A DNA stretch of 63,683 nucleotides, the filler included. It is 5 parts of 5 records of this genome, joined end to end, with 100 filler letters (N's around TTAATTAATTAA, not from the genome) between each part and the next. Parts side by side here need not be neighbours in the genome. Positions count along the whole stretch, not along the records: positions 14,017 to 37,809 come from SRR20825019_1796; positions 37,910 to 48,824 come from SRR20825019_1799; 3 more parts are not named here. One strand, 5' to 3'. This document shows, piece by piece, positions 33,792 to 45,985 of the stretch. The notes under the pieces are model-generated. The model was given only the letters and a program-made list of their open reading frames with translations, was not told the DNA's origin and ran no database searches. The translations under genes were made by a program, and so were the position numbers. Numbering within the stretch: the first letter of the stretch is position 1; each line of letters starts with the position of its first letter.

Positions 33792-35850
33792 ATGAAGGCG
33801 TGTACTGTTGGCCTTTTCGTTGTTCTTGTGATTATTGCTCAAAAGCATGTTGAGGCGGGCTCTGAACTGACCCTTGGGTCACTGTCGGCGGGTTCGGGTT
33901 TGATTGCAGATGAATATCAGAAGCAGCGCGAGGCTGTTCTTGCCGCGGTATTTTCTTCTAGCACTTTGTAGACCCTTATATATTGACTGTGAGCTTAGGA
34001 GGAAGCCATGCGCTTTGATCACACCCAGGTTCTGTCCGATCAGGAGGTTGTTGCCGATAGAGGTTGTTTGTTCAGTACTAGTTATGTAGACTTCTTCTGA
34101 TGTGATTGCAATATCAGCTCTGAAAGCCCTTGTTGACAAGGAGAATGCCAAGCTTCCATACCTTCCGAGCATCAACTTCTTCTACACACAGGAAGAAGTT
34201 GAGGCGACTCCCCTCTTCGCTGCGATGAAGGTCTGTGGGATCATGTGCTGATCAGTATCATGAAGAATCTGACTCATATGTGATAGACGATGCCCAAGGG
34301 TGGTATTTTGCATTTGCACTCCACCTCCACTCTGTTCTCGAAGACTTTGATTGAGATTTTTGTGAAGCACGCCAATGAATGCTATACTCAGTTCTCTGGG
34401 GAAACTTTCAGCAAAGGTATGCTTTGGATTCCTAGGCGACCCTTGACTTACTCAGTTGTAACGCAGAGTCAAAGTTCAGTAAGTTCAAGTGTTCGAGGAC
34501 CGATCTGGGGGAAGGATGGCATAAGCTGCTCGATGTGCGCTCTGCCTTTGGTATGTTTAAGCAGGTTGCAGTTGTGAAACGTGCTGACAAGAGAAAAGGT
34601 GCGGAGGAGTTTGACAAGATCTGGGAGAATCAGCTTGATATCAAGACTGTCCATGGGCCTATTGATCATGTGTGGCCGACTTTCCAGCACTCCATGGACC
34701 TGCAGGGTCAGATGATTCTCTATCGCCCAGTAATGGAAGAGTATCTTGCTCAGACATTTGAAGTTCTTGAGAAGGACAACGTTCTCTACGCCGAGTTCCG
34801 CCACGTGTTCGGGTGTACGTATTCCGCTCTTGTAGTGTTTCTGCTGACATTGGCACCTAGTTGTCTATGATCTGGACAAAGCTTATTCTCCGTTAGAGGA
34901 GCTGGGCTTGTTGAAGGTGAGTTAGCAGGCATCGATCAGTACGTGGCTGACCTCTGCACAGGATGCTGTTGAGTCCTACAAGAAGTCGCGCTCAACTGCT
35001 TTCGATGCCAGATATGTCTACTGCGGCATGCGCCGCGATGATAACTCCGTAGTAAGGAAGCAGATCGAAGATTTCTTGGAGAGTAAGTGCTGCTGTGTAG
35101 CCCATGGTGATTTATATTAATCGTAGCCTGAAATTGTTAGTGAGGAACAAGTATGGAGATTTCATTGCTGCGTTTGACTTGGTCGGGCAAGAAGACCTGG
35201 GTCACTCGGCACTATATTTCGCTGAGCTTTTTGAAGAGTACAAGGAGAAGGCCAAGCAGCGTGGCCTTGACTTCCCACTTTACCTCCATGATGGCGAGAC
35301 TGTGATGCCAGGTGACCAGAATGTCGTCGATGCTATTTTGCTTGGGTCGAAGAGGATTGGCCATGGCTACGATCTGATCAACCACCCTGCCCTCTGGGAC
35401 ACCGTCAAGAAGATGAACATTCTTGTGGAAGTGTCTCCGATATCTAATCAAGTCCTCAAGCTTGTTAAGGATATCCGCAACCACCCTGGACGTGCTCTCA
35501 TCGCTGCTGGCATTCCCATCAACATTAACTCTGACGACCCCGGATCATTCGGATATGAGGGAGTATGTGCATTACTTTTGATGCTTGGTTGAGTTTGATT
35601 CTGACTGTAATGTAGGTAAGCCATGACTACTATATGGTGTCTGCAGCATGGAACCTGGGCCTCAAGAGCTTGAAGCAGTTGGGCCTCAACGCCATTGAGC
35701 ACTCTGGTAAGACATCTGAGCAGAAGCTTAAATCTCGCATCGAGTTCCTCAAGAGGTATGGAAACGGTTTGTTTACATACGTTTCACAAAGACTTATTAA
35801 GTTCTAGGTGGGCTGTGTGGGTTAAGACCCTTGCCGATGCCAGTGCCTAA
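33792..35850 (+). CDS. secreted adenosine deaminase, ADGF/ADA2 (CECR1) family, multi-exon
   Basis: Signal peptide, MPKGGILHLH, FDLVGQED, HDGET, RIGHG, EVSPISNQVL, NSDDPG. Confidence 0.9.
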
Positions 35851-35903
35851 GCTTAGGGCACGAGGATCGTCGAATAAAACCTCGGTTCAAACAACCAACC
35901 CCA

Positions 35904-36560
35904 CTATTCGTCTTCTTCTTGAAATGAAAGCATGGATACGGCCTTCACTTTCTAAGCAAACAGTTTAGTTAGCTCCATAATGACCACATGATCTCGTCTA
36001 CAACCCACCTGCTTCTTCGATTTTTTCTCCTTATCTGAATGTGGAACGCTCTTGTTAACCCCAGTCCCCACACTTCTCTTTTTCGGTCTGAACTTAGGCT
36101 TCCCGTTCTCGTCAACATAAGCTTCGTCAGGTAAGTCAGGCTCCGGTTCTACTTTAGTGTCTACTTTGGGCTCCTTTCGTGAGTCAACAACCTATGCCCA
36201 CCTAGTTAAGTGGGCCTATCAACAAGGACAGAAAGTTACCACGTTGCTTTTGTTCTGCATAGCCGCTTTTTCCTGTTGCTCTTGGAGGGCTCGTTCAATG
36301 GCCTCCTTTTCGAAGGCATCGTCTTCTTCGTCTGCCTCTTTGCTGTCATCAAATTTTGGCGGCGAGGGGGGCTTGTGCGCGGCATACAACTAAACGAGAG
36401 TCAGACCCTTACTCCAATACGAAAGTATCGCAAAAACCTTTTGAAGAAAGTTTGGGGTCTGTTTTACAAATTGCAGTCCCTTTTGTTCGGACCTGCTCAT
36501 TTTCTCCTCACCATATTGGCGTTTGAGTGTCCCTGGTACGTGACCTCCTTCCTTAGACAT
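35904..36560 (-). CDS. KIAA1143/DUF4604-like small charged protein, multi-exon
   Basis: N-terminal GLQFVKQTPNFLQK and C-terminal KVKAVSMLSFQEEDE* after splicing. Confidence 0.55.
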
Positions 36561-37809
36561 CACGATCCGTTTAAACATTAGTAGAGGGACTTGTAAGACT
36601 AACTAATAGAAGACAGCAGATGGTAAGCCCCTCTTCGCGGTGGCGCGCGGTCTCCGAGCGCGCGCCAGCAGGGCGACCCATCATCGATGACTGATTTTGC
36701 CGTGCCGTGCCGCGAGCCTCCCGTCCGGTCCTGGACCCCGGCCCGGCCGGCGGGGCCTCCGAGTCACTCACTCGCTCCGGCCACTCAACTCCGGGGTGCC
36801 GGGCCCGCGCCGGCGGCCCGGCGCGCCCCCGGGGTCCCGCCGGGCCGCCCGGCCCGGGCGGGCGCGCCCGGCCGGGCGGGCCGGGGCGCAGTTCAGGTCC
36901 GGTCCGGTGTCGACTGACTCCCCGGCGGCCCGGCCCGGCCGGCGGCGGCCGCGCCACTTCACCTGACCCGTCACCATGAGTGGCGTCGCGGCAGCCGGGG
37001 CGCTGAAGGTCACCCACTCGGTGCACGGGGTCAGCACGTCTCAACTCTCAGGCTCTCATCGAGTGATCAGTCTGGGCGAACAATGACCCAGTTTCTTGTT
37101 AAGTTCACTGTTACTTTATCTTGTGACTATCATAAACGGTTCCCGGGTCAGTCGTTATGAATAGGATGATCGCTAAAATCGCCAAATATACGAACAACAT
37201 GGGAAACCCCGCTCGTCCGTCGGTCGGGTGGCTGGCACCCAGATCCAGTACTGACGTCGATGCCGTTCATTCAGGTCAGGTTCCGGTTAGCACGTGGAGA
37301 GTACGGTACTGGTACGCGGTGCGGGACCATCAACTCATCCGATTCGGCGGCGATGAATGAGTGAGTCTTGTCCGACCCAGTTAGTCTTGGCGTCGCGGCA
37401 TGTCGGGTCGGTTCCAGACTGAGAGAGCCAGTACTTCGGTGGCAGGGTCGGGTTGGGGTTAGGTTGCCGTGTCTGGCCAATGGGAATTGGGTGACTAGGA
37501 AGGTCCTTTTTTTCCATGTCAAGACAACTTTGTTCTTCGAGGCGTGAAAGGAAATGGGATTAGCAGGCAATAAGACAACATATTCCGATGAGTGCGCACA
37601 GCGTATCGACCTTTGACAGATGCCTCTCAGTTGGGTTTCCAAAGACGCATTCGGCCCGTCCTAGTCCTACCCGAACGTCATCAGGCTGACCGGTTTGTTA
37701 CGTAAATATTCATGACGAGGCCGTTGTCGTTATACATTTTACCATGAGGAACCTAAACATCAATTTAGCATTTCGGCTTTCTTTTTTTTTTTTTGGTTTT
37801 TTTTTTTTT

Positions 37810-37909
37810 NNNNNNNNNNNNNNNNNNNNNNNNNNNNNNNNNNNNNNNNNNNNTTAATTAATTAANNNNNNNNNNNNNNNNNNNNNNNNNNNNNNNNNNN
37901 NNNNNNNNN
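37810..37909. other. artificial contig spacer
   Basis: N44-TTAATTAATTAA-N44. Confidence 0.98.
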
Positions 37910-38492
37910 CTCAGGCCTCGGCCGAGGGGCCGCCGCCGGCGGCACCCGGGGGGCCGCCGGCCCGGCGTTGCAGTTGGGCCCGGGGCCCATATCGTTGGCC
38001 GCGGCACGGCCGGAAGTTTCAAATTTCTTCAAGCCACCCACCGGCACTGTGATCCCTGAACTCGCCCCTGATCTTAAGAATCTCCAGATTATTGAGATTC
38101 GATTTCGTTATAACGAAATATCCAGATATATTAACGAAGACCCTCCTCCGGTCCAATTGAACCTACGCGCGCGCATCATGGAACGCGCTTGCCTGAGCAG
38201 GGCCAATCCGGAACGCTTCCCACGAAGAAAGCCAGGCGCGGCCAGCCGTGAATCCGGACAACCTCATCACTCGTGAGTGGGGTCCCGGGACCAAGCGACC
38301 CGGCACGCAACTATTATTGTGCCCAACTTGCTGCTCTTGGATGGAAGGGCAGCTTCGACTTTTAGGGGTTTTGCTACAGGTTGAGGAGCTCCCCAGGTCT
38401 TACACCAGCACAGTGCCTGGATTTATAAAAATCTGACGCCACGCCAATTGTGTTGTGCGTGTCGCCAAACGGGTTTCCGGGTGAGTGAAGTC

Positions 38493-41400
38493 ATGGCGAC
38501 AAGGACTCGCCCTTTGGGGGCATCTTTACTCTGCCTCTTTGTGGCGCACCTTTTGATTGCGATGGCAACTGGGGAGAAAGTAGGGAGGCACTCTACTCAT
38601 TTCCGGCAAGGGAATGACCCGGCCGCGGTGGAGACAGTGATTCGTGATAAAGATTCCCCGAAAGAAATGAACAACGGAACCACGAATTCTACAGTGAAGA
38701 TTGAAAAGAAGCCTGACTCAACCGTACTAGAGCGAGGCCGAGTGGACGCGCAAGCTATTGCTGACAAAGAGGCTTTGGCAAAAGCGCGTACCACAAAAGA
38801 GGCTAAACGCGCAGCAAAGAAGAAGGGCCATCGCGTTGATATTGAGTTGGATCACACCGGCATGAGTTTGCCCAACCATAATTTGACCACTGAGGCGCTT
38901 ATTCAGTCTGAAGCTGAAAGCGAAACCGGATGGGGCCGCTGTTACGACGCAACACCCGGAGGTGGACGAGGCTGGAAAGTTTGTGGCAACGGTTATTACG
39001 TTACAGGGTTCCAGCGTGGGGGTTGCGACTGGTTGCACTGCATTCGCATGCGTTGCTGCAAACCTGACGCCCACCAAGCACAATCATGGGGATATTGTTA
39101 CAATGAGAATGTCTGGAGTAGCATGGACCGAGCGGGTTGGAATGGCTGCCGTCGGGGTACATATATCTCCGGATATTACAAGACCCATGGAAATAACCTC
39201 TACAACTTAGAAGAATTTAAGTGCTGCAAGCCTCAAAGCGCGGCCAACTATTGGCAGACCTGCTACCACGCAAACTGGTGGGCCGCGTTTGACCGGAACT
39301 GGCGCTGGGGTAACTGTGGAAGCCAGTACTACGCCACTCACATTTGGAAGAATTGGTGTGAACCTTTCCATTGTCTTGAGATGGGGCATTGTTGTCAAAT
39401 GCCGCAACTATGTCACAGGCAGCTAACATGTAAGCATGGTGGTTCCCAGGCTCGTTCTTACGGACCACCATGCTACTGCCGGTGCCACGGGATCTGGTAT
39501 GGGCGAGACTGTGGTTTGGAGCTGCAGCGGGACTGCAACAGAGGATGGATCCCGGGTATGCCCCGATGGTCACCAGCCGGCTCCCTCAATGCTGAGATAC
39601 AGGGCTACTTTAAGAAGGAGGCCGAAACAAGAAACATTCCACTGGTGTGTATGATTGCGGCACATGCTCGGAGCCTCTCCAGATTCCCGGGAATCTCTGA
39701 TATACAACACAAGATTCGCAAACTAGCCTCCCGCCAGGGGAGAACCAACCACTGTGTTGCGCAGTCGGTGTCCTCTGGGGTAGGCAAGGCTTCTCGAGCG
39801 ATTCCATTGAAGGTGGCTGCCCATCTTGGTATTCGAGAGGAGGAGGTTATCGATGAATGCCAGACCAAAGAGCGTCGAATGAAGATGTTGATCAATATCT
39901 ACATGATGCCTGGCGAGGATGCCAATCTGTTTGCACAGGCTCGGAGTTTCTATGAACTCACACAGGAGATGCCGTGGGAGAGGCTTTATCGCCTGCGGAA
40001 GGGCCACCAGCAACACCTTTTGATGAGCATTAATCACGAGGACAGAAATCTTCATGGGTTTTCGGAGCATATGAAGCAAACCCATAAGAGGGGGAAAGGC
40101 CAAAGGACAAAAGTTGGCAACGTGGAGAAGCAGATGGCCAAGAGTTATAATTCGATAACCCAGTCCTTAGCGTTTGCCAAGTACAGGGGCCATGTTCATG
40201 AACATCTGCAAACCAAACTTGATGAAACAACGAAATGGATTGACAAGTTCAACAAGAAGGCTCACGAACTAGGTGTAAGGGCACAAAAGGATTTCCATCG
40301 GGAAGATCGGGTGATGATGAAGGACAACGCACACGTGCATAAGGAATTGAGCAAGATGGAACATGCCGAAACCGAGAATATTCGCAAGATGATTACCAAA
40401 CTTAGAAAGGCTAACGCCTCTTTCTACGCGAAGACAGCCAAGCCTGTGCACCAGGCTCTCTTCCAGTTGGTGAAATTCATATTGTCACGCGCAAAGCTGA
40501 GGTGGAAGCATCGTGCGCATCTGCGGAAATTGATGTGGGATCTTAAGAAGGAGAAGTTCTTGTTTAAGTGGGAGATTCATGAACACATTCGCCAGGAGAG
40601 GAAGCGATCAAAAGAAAGATTAGAGCAAACAACGACTGCGGCTCTGAAGAAATCCTTGCAGGATATTAAGAAGAACTACGTGAATCACAAGCGGCAGCTC
40701 GCACTTTCAATTAGTCGAATGCAGGAAACTGTGAATCGGACTTCTAAGATGAACAAGCGTTTTCTCAGCTTGCTAAAATCAATCATGAAGGATGAAAGCG
40801 GCACCTTGACGAGTGTGAAGGAACAAACAAATACGCTTGGTGTCACCGCAACGAACGCATATAATCGTATGACCAAAGACTACACTGACATTGGCGTGGA
40901 AGTGAATAATAAGGTCAAGAACGCTGAGAATGATAAGAAGCAATTGAAAGACTTGGAAAAGAATATGTTCAGAACCATGGCAGAGCAGGAAGATGAGCTG
41001 ATGAAGCGAGAGAGCAAAAATCAGGACAATGATAAGTTCGAGGAAAACACTATCAAGGAGTTGGACGAAGTGAAGACACTGGTTGACAATCAGATGAAGA
41101 AGGTGACTGGCTTGGAAGAGAGGCTATTATCTAGTGCCAAGCTTTATCACGGTGTCGAGGGTGATCTCAAGGAGAAGAGTCTCAACGCATTTAATACTGT
41201 TGTCAACGTTGAGGATAAGGTCGACGCATTGCAAAAGCGCGTCCCATATCCGGAGCAGGTCAAGGTTGAAGATGAAATCAGAATTCAACATCAAGAGGAG
41301 GAATGTGAAAAGGACGCTGATGCAGCTGCAGCCATTAAGGCCAAGAGCAGTGCGGAAAACGAGATTGAGGCGAAAAAGGAGGATGTCATTAATTCTAGTC

Positions 41401-41621
41401 AAATTGGTGCGGTTGTTGGCGGGTCATGCAAACAAAAGGACAAAGCATCCAAGGGTGAAGATGTGTTGAAGGATATTGGTGATTCTCATGGGACTGAGAT
41501 GCATAAGTTAGAGAAGGTGGAGACGCCAGAAGAACAAGCCGCTCGGCTAACAGCTAACCTGCCGAAGAGTTCGCCTTCCACTGGGCCACCTGGTGGTATT
41601 GAGAATTTGTACGGGGAATAA
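38493..41621 (+). CDS. secreted protein: three Cys/Trp-rich beta-prism-like repeats + EGF-like domain + long coiled coil
   Basis: Signal peptide. Three repeats of pattern WxxCY...GWxxC..GxYxxG....CxExxxCC (~38931-39405), EGF-like CHRQLTCKHGG..CYCRCHGIWYGRDC, and a charged heptad-rich C-terminal half. Confidence 0.75.
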   Translation: MATRTRPLGASLLCLFVAHLLIAMATGEKVGRHSTHFRQGNDPAAVETVIRDKDSPKEMNNGTTNSTVKIEKKPDSTVLERGRVDAQAIADKEALAKARTTKEAKRAAKKKGHRVDIELDHTGMSLPNHNLTTEALIQSEAESETGWGRCYDATPGGGRGWKVCGNGYYVTGFQRGGCDWLHCIRMRCCKPDAHQAQSWGYCYNENVWSSMDRAGWNGCRRGTYISGYYKTHGNNLYNLEEFKCCKPQSAANYWQTCYHANWWAAFDRNWRWGNCGSQYYATHIWKNWCEPFHCLEMGHCCQMPQLCHRQLTCKHGGSQARSYGPPCYCRCHGIWYGRDCGLELQRDCNRGWIPGMPRWSPAGSLNAEIQGYFKKEAETRNIPLVCMIAAHARSLSRFPGISDIQHKIRKLASRQGRTNHCVAQSVSSGVGKASRAIPLKVAAHLGIREEEVIDECQTKERRMKMLINIYMMPGEDANLFAQARSFYELTQEMPWERLYRLRKGHQQHLLMSINHEDRNLHGFSEHMKQTHKRGKGQRTKVGNVEKQMAKSYNSITQSLAFAKYRGHVHEHLQTKLDETTKWIDKFNKKAHELGVRAQKDFHREDRVMMKDNAHVHKELSKMEHAETENIRKMITKLRKANASFYAKTAKPVHQALFQLVKFILSRAKLRWKHRAHLRKLMWDLKKEKFLFKWEIHEHIRQERKRSKERLEQTTTAALKKSLQDIKKNYVNHKRQLALSISRMQETVNRTSKMNKRFLSLLKSIMKDESGTLTSVKEQTNTLGVTATNAYNRMTKDYTDIGVEVNNKVKNAENDKKQLKDLEKNMFRTMAEQEDELMKRESKNQDNDKFEENTIKELDEVKTLVDNQMKKVTGLEERLLSSAKLYHGVEGDLKEKSLNAFNTVVNVEDKVDALQKRVPYPEQVKVEDEIRIQHQEEECEKDADAAAAIKAKSSAENEIEAKKEDVINSSQIGAVVGGSCKQKDKASKGEDVLKDIGDSHGTEMHKLEKVETPEEQAARLTANLPKSSPSTGPPGGIENLYGE

Positions 41622-41781
41622 ACATTTGTATTTAAGGCTCAACAGTAGCCACTCATTGGCCTCCTATCACGTTCGGCATACCCTAAAGGTGTGGCGTGGC
41701 AGCTATCTGTACCACACACAGTCATATGCGTCCTATTCACCCCCAGCGGCACCGGGCATCACGGCAACAAATCCATGGCCA

Positions 41782-43264
41782 TCATTCATACAATCTGGGA
41801 GGCGGGGTCCTTTCTTCGTGATCAGATTCATCTGACTTGTCCTCCTCTCGCTCAAATAGCGCCTCGTTGCGTGCAACACGCTTCGCCAACAAGCCTTCCG
41901 GGGTGAACTTTGCAACACTTAGGATAGCATCCTTCACTCCATGCTTTGCCTCGGGATGACGCTGTACATGCAAGGCTTTTTCTTCCTCCCGTTTCTACAT
42001 AAGGAGTCAGCACCCGGGGTCTACAAGGATCGTTGTGAACTTCACTTACTTTAACATTTTTGTATATTGACATAGGTACACCAAGAGGCGAGAACCTAAG
42101 GGATTTCTTAAGTGCAGCCTTGGCACTGCTCTGAGGAGGTGAAATTCGAGACTTATCTGGCTTTGAAGACATGCCTTCCATCTCTAGTTTGGAATCCTCA
42201 TCATGTATCATATTGACCAAACTGAAGCGCGACGACCGAACAGATGCAGACACATCGTCGGACGATGAGCGGCGTCGAATGGGCATTCTGGGCACTGGAG
42301 ATGATTCTCGCGTTACAGCCCGCCTTTCTGGTAAATGGTGTGCGCCACCTGACACCATCTCTGTGCTAGTCAATCCAATGGAAGGTGCCCATGGTACTTC
42401 GTTGTCTCCACCCTCGTACTTGTGCGAAGAAGAGAATGTTTTCCGGCGATAGGGCAACTTCTCTTCATCTCCATCCGTCCCTTCCGCTGTGCCGTGCCCT
42501 CCTTGTTGGCGGGTCGGAGGCGCTGGTGAGAAAGTCTTCGCTCGTGCCCTGCTACTCAAGCGAGATATTGGAGAGTTAACTTGGGGTGACCTGGAATGCC
42601 GTGTGCATATTCTTGCCACAACTGCAAGATCCGGATCCAACTTGTCGAGATCCAATTCGGACTCGCCCACGGGAGATGACGAGTTTTGCCTGCTAGGAGA
42701 GGGCGATGGAAGCTTCAGACCGGGTGACGGTGTTTCGCGATACGTCGAGCCGCGGCGCAAGGGAGGACGTCGACTCGGGCTATCGGATGGAATTGGCGGT
42801 TGTGGTGACCGTGGTTGTGTCGGCCGCAGCCCCATCTTAGACGCCAATGAAACACGCCGGCCTCCTGGCACTGGTGGAGACGGCGTGTTCCTCACCACCT
42901 CAAGCGCTTCACCATCTCCAACTTCCTTCCCTCTTGCATATGAGGGGCGCGCACTGGGAGAGTCCTCCATAACCAATGCTCTCTTCCCTTTGACCTTCTC
43001 TCTATCGCGATTGTGGCCTGCATCTCCCTCGCTATCCTCATCACTGGAGTACATCGGGGATGCTATCGGCGAAGCTAAGCGAATTACAGGCATCGCTGGG
43101 TCAGGACTCGCAACCGATCTCCTTGTTGTCAGTATAGGGCCAGCAGGGTCAATATATGCGGGAGTCAGCTGGCTTTCTTCGTCCCCATGCTCTCCATCAG
43201 TGCTACTATCACTGAAGTACAAACGGTCGACTACGTCCTTTGAACCTGAACGCGAGTGCGCCAT
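41782..43264 (-). CDS. Ser/Pro/Arg-rich disordered hypothetical protein, 2 exons
   Basis: Long ORF. The intron GTAAGT...CTGAC...TAG near 42050-41997 shifts into the 41782 frame. Confidence 0.6.
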
Positions 43265-43987
43265 CCCAAAGACTGGCTTAGTCAAGTAGATATATTTGGT
43301 GGTATCGGCATAAACAGCACGAAGTACAACACTGATATATTCATACTCTCACTGCACAGTCACGAGAGGGAGTATCGTCAAGCGACGCTATTACAGCGTT
43401 AGAGCACAGTTGACTGGTCCTGAAGCTGCCACCTCAGAAGCTTGACAGGCAGTTAAGAGGTCGGATCTGTGCCAATCACTGAGTACACTTGGACGTACGG
43501 TTGAACAGTCGCCTTGAGGACCACTGGCGTGACGCCGGCGCGGGCCAAAAGCGACCGTTTTGGCCACTGGCGTGGGCGCGCCGGATTGCTGGTGGAGTGA
43601 AGTGTTCTACTAAGGTTGTTACTACCAAAAAGGTCAGTGAGCCCACCCCAAGCAGACCAGTGACTCAGCCGAGACCGGCGGGCAACCGCCAAGGCCACCG
43701 GGGCCGGCCCGGCCCGGCGGGCCTTGAAAGCCTCGGGTGAGCCGCGGGGCCTGAGCTCGGCCCGCCACCCCGGCGCGCTGTCGGCCCGGCGGCGGGGGGC
43801 TCGCTCCGGGGCCCGCCCGGCACGGCCCAGCGCCTCAGCCTCCAAAGGTGAATCGGGCTGGTTGGAGTTCCAAAAATAACTCACTGGATGATTTATAATT
43901 TGTAGTCGATTTTGTGGTCAAATAGAATTCCTTTGCACCTACAAGTCTTCTTGCTCTAAAGTCATCAGTCTATCTACCCTGGTTACT

Positions 43988-45130
43988 TTACAAAGCGTGA
44001 GACTTCTCCTCAAGAAGCTCAGCCTTCGTTGTGTCCATCTTGTTCCTTGAGAACTCGCTCACGTCAAGACCCTGAACAATGGAGTACTCGCCATCCTTGC
44101 AGGTAACAGGGTACGAATAACACAGCCCTTCCTCGATACCGTAGCTGCCATCTGAGGCCACAGCCATCGAGACCCAATCACCCTCTTGTGTGCCAAAGAT
44201 CCAGTCCCTCATGTGCTCAACAATTGCATTCGCGGCGGACATAGCGCTCGAAAGCTTACGAGCCTCAATGATAGCGGCACCACGCTTCTGGACACACTGA
44301 AAACACGCAAGGTTAGTGTAACATATCAATATGTACAGGTATCGACCATACCGAGATGAAGTCTCCCTCGAGGTAAGCCTTGTCGTTGACAGCGCTGTAG
44401 ACATCCTTGCCATTCACGGTAGCATGGCAGACATCGGGATACTGGGTAGAGGAATGGTTTCCCCAAATAGTTACCTTCTTGACATTGTCGGGGGTGGTTT
44501 TCATGCGCAAAGCAATTTGTGCCTTGCAACGGTTGTGATCAAGACGAGTTAGTGCGGAGAAGTTCTTCTTGGGAATCTTGTCGGCGTAGGTCATAGCAAT
44601 GAGGCAGTTTGTGTTTGCTGGGTTTCCAACGACCAAGACCTTTACGTTGGGCTTGGCGTACTGGTTCAAACTGGTGCCCTGGGCCTTGAAGATAGCTCCG
44701 TTGAGCTCAAGAAGCTCCTTGCGCTCCATGTCCTTTCCACGGGGGCGGGAACCGACCAAAAGAGCATAGTCGATGTCCTTAAACGCCACAGCGGGATCGT
44801 CAGTGGCCACGACACCGACCACAGTCTTATAGGCGCAGTCTACAATTTCCATTTCGACACCCTTGAGGGCAGTCATCATGGGAGGAATATCAAGAAGGTG
44901 CAAGATGACAGGCTGGTCTTCACCGAGCATCTGGCCCTTGGCAACCATAGGAATCAAGGAGTATGCGATCTGGCCGGCGGCACCAGTAATCAAAACGCGG
45001 ACAGGCTGTTTGGACATCTAAACGCAGAGACTTCAATATGATTAGACAACGATAAATACCACACTATCCTGACCTTTGCGGAGGTGAAGGCAGGAGCAAT
45101 ATGAGAAGCTACAACGTTGACACGATGCAT
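43988..45130 (-). CDS. MDH1: cytosolic-type NAD malate dehydrogenase with short upstream leader exon
   Basis: [47 protein letters not shown] and [10 protein letters not shown]. Leader exon 45130-45074, intron 45073-45018, second ATG 45017. Confidence 0.92.
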
Positions 45131-45985
45131 ATAATAGCTACTGAAACACTTGCATCAGGAAAATTATATATGACTGAGAGAGCAAAACGTGTGATGAGGT
45201 GTTAAAGCGGACGATGGGCTTGGCTAGGTCAATGATCCAATGAGGCCAGCTTGTGGATTGGGACGTCAGGCAGAGGAGGCCCGACTCAGCTTGGGTCAAG
45301 GCGTCCGTGCTCCCAGAGGTGATCAGTCCACCCAAGAGTGATGAGTCTTTGAGCAAACTCTTTGTGGGAACCGGGAGCGATGACGGGGCTCACGGGTGAG
45401 CGGCTCACTGCGAGGCCACAGCAGGTCGGAGCCGAGACCCGGGGGGGCAGACGCCCTTTGAGGGTCTCATCACTACCCAAAAGCTCGCCGTCGCGGGCCG
45501 CGCATGGCCAAGCTGCACCGTACCACGCTAGATTCGATCAACGATTGGGAAGGCATCGAACAAACCTGAAGTTCACCCGTAAAAACTCATATGGTTGCAC
45601 AATTATATCATATCACCCCACCCTTACTTAAGGGTAGTTTCTGGCAAATGCCATTGGACCAAAAATAGCACATGGGTGGCTGGTATCGGCGATTGTCAAC
45701 CCAGCAGTAGCGACGAGCGCCCAACGAGCCTATTACCGTGTCCCCGGTGGGGGGCCGGCCACGACGCTGCCAACCCGGGGCCACTCCGTCAGTCATGGCG
45801 CGCCGGCAAGACAGTCACCGCGGTGCGGCAGCGGCGCGGGCACGGTGCCGTGAGGGTGGGGCCAGCAGCCGCGGATTTCCTAAAGAAAGCGGGCCAAACC
45901 TCAGGAAGATCATCGCTCACAGCATGCTGGTACAAGTATGGATCAAGGTCCCGTTAAGTGCACATGTAAAGGCAGAATATATAGC

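Noticed and set aside
37080-37809. Gene-free contig end with GGGTCGGGTTGGGGTTAGG-like tracts and poly-T
   Set aside because: No regular telomeric array, terminal repeats or transposase. Too weak to call a telomere or mobile element.
43970-44000. Possible PTS1 or readthrough extension at the MDH C-terminus
   Set aside because: The protein ends in HAL with a TAA stop, and readthrough would give SNQGR*, which is not a PTS1.
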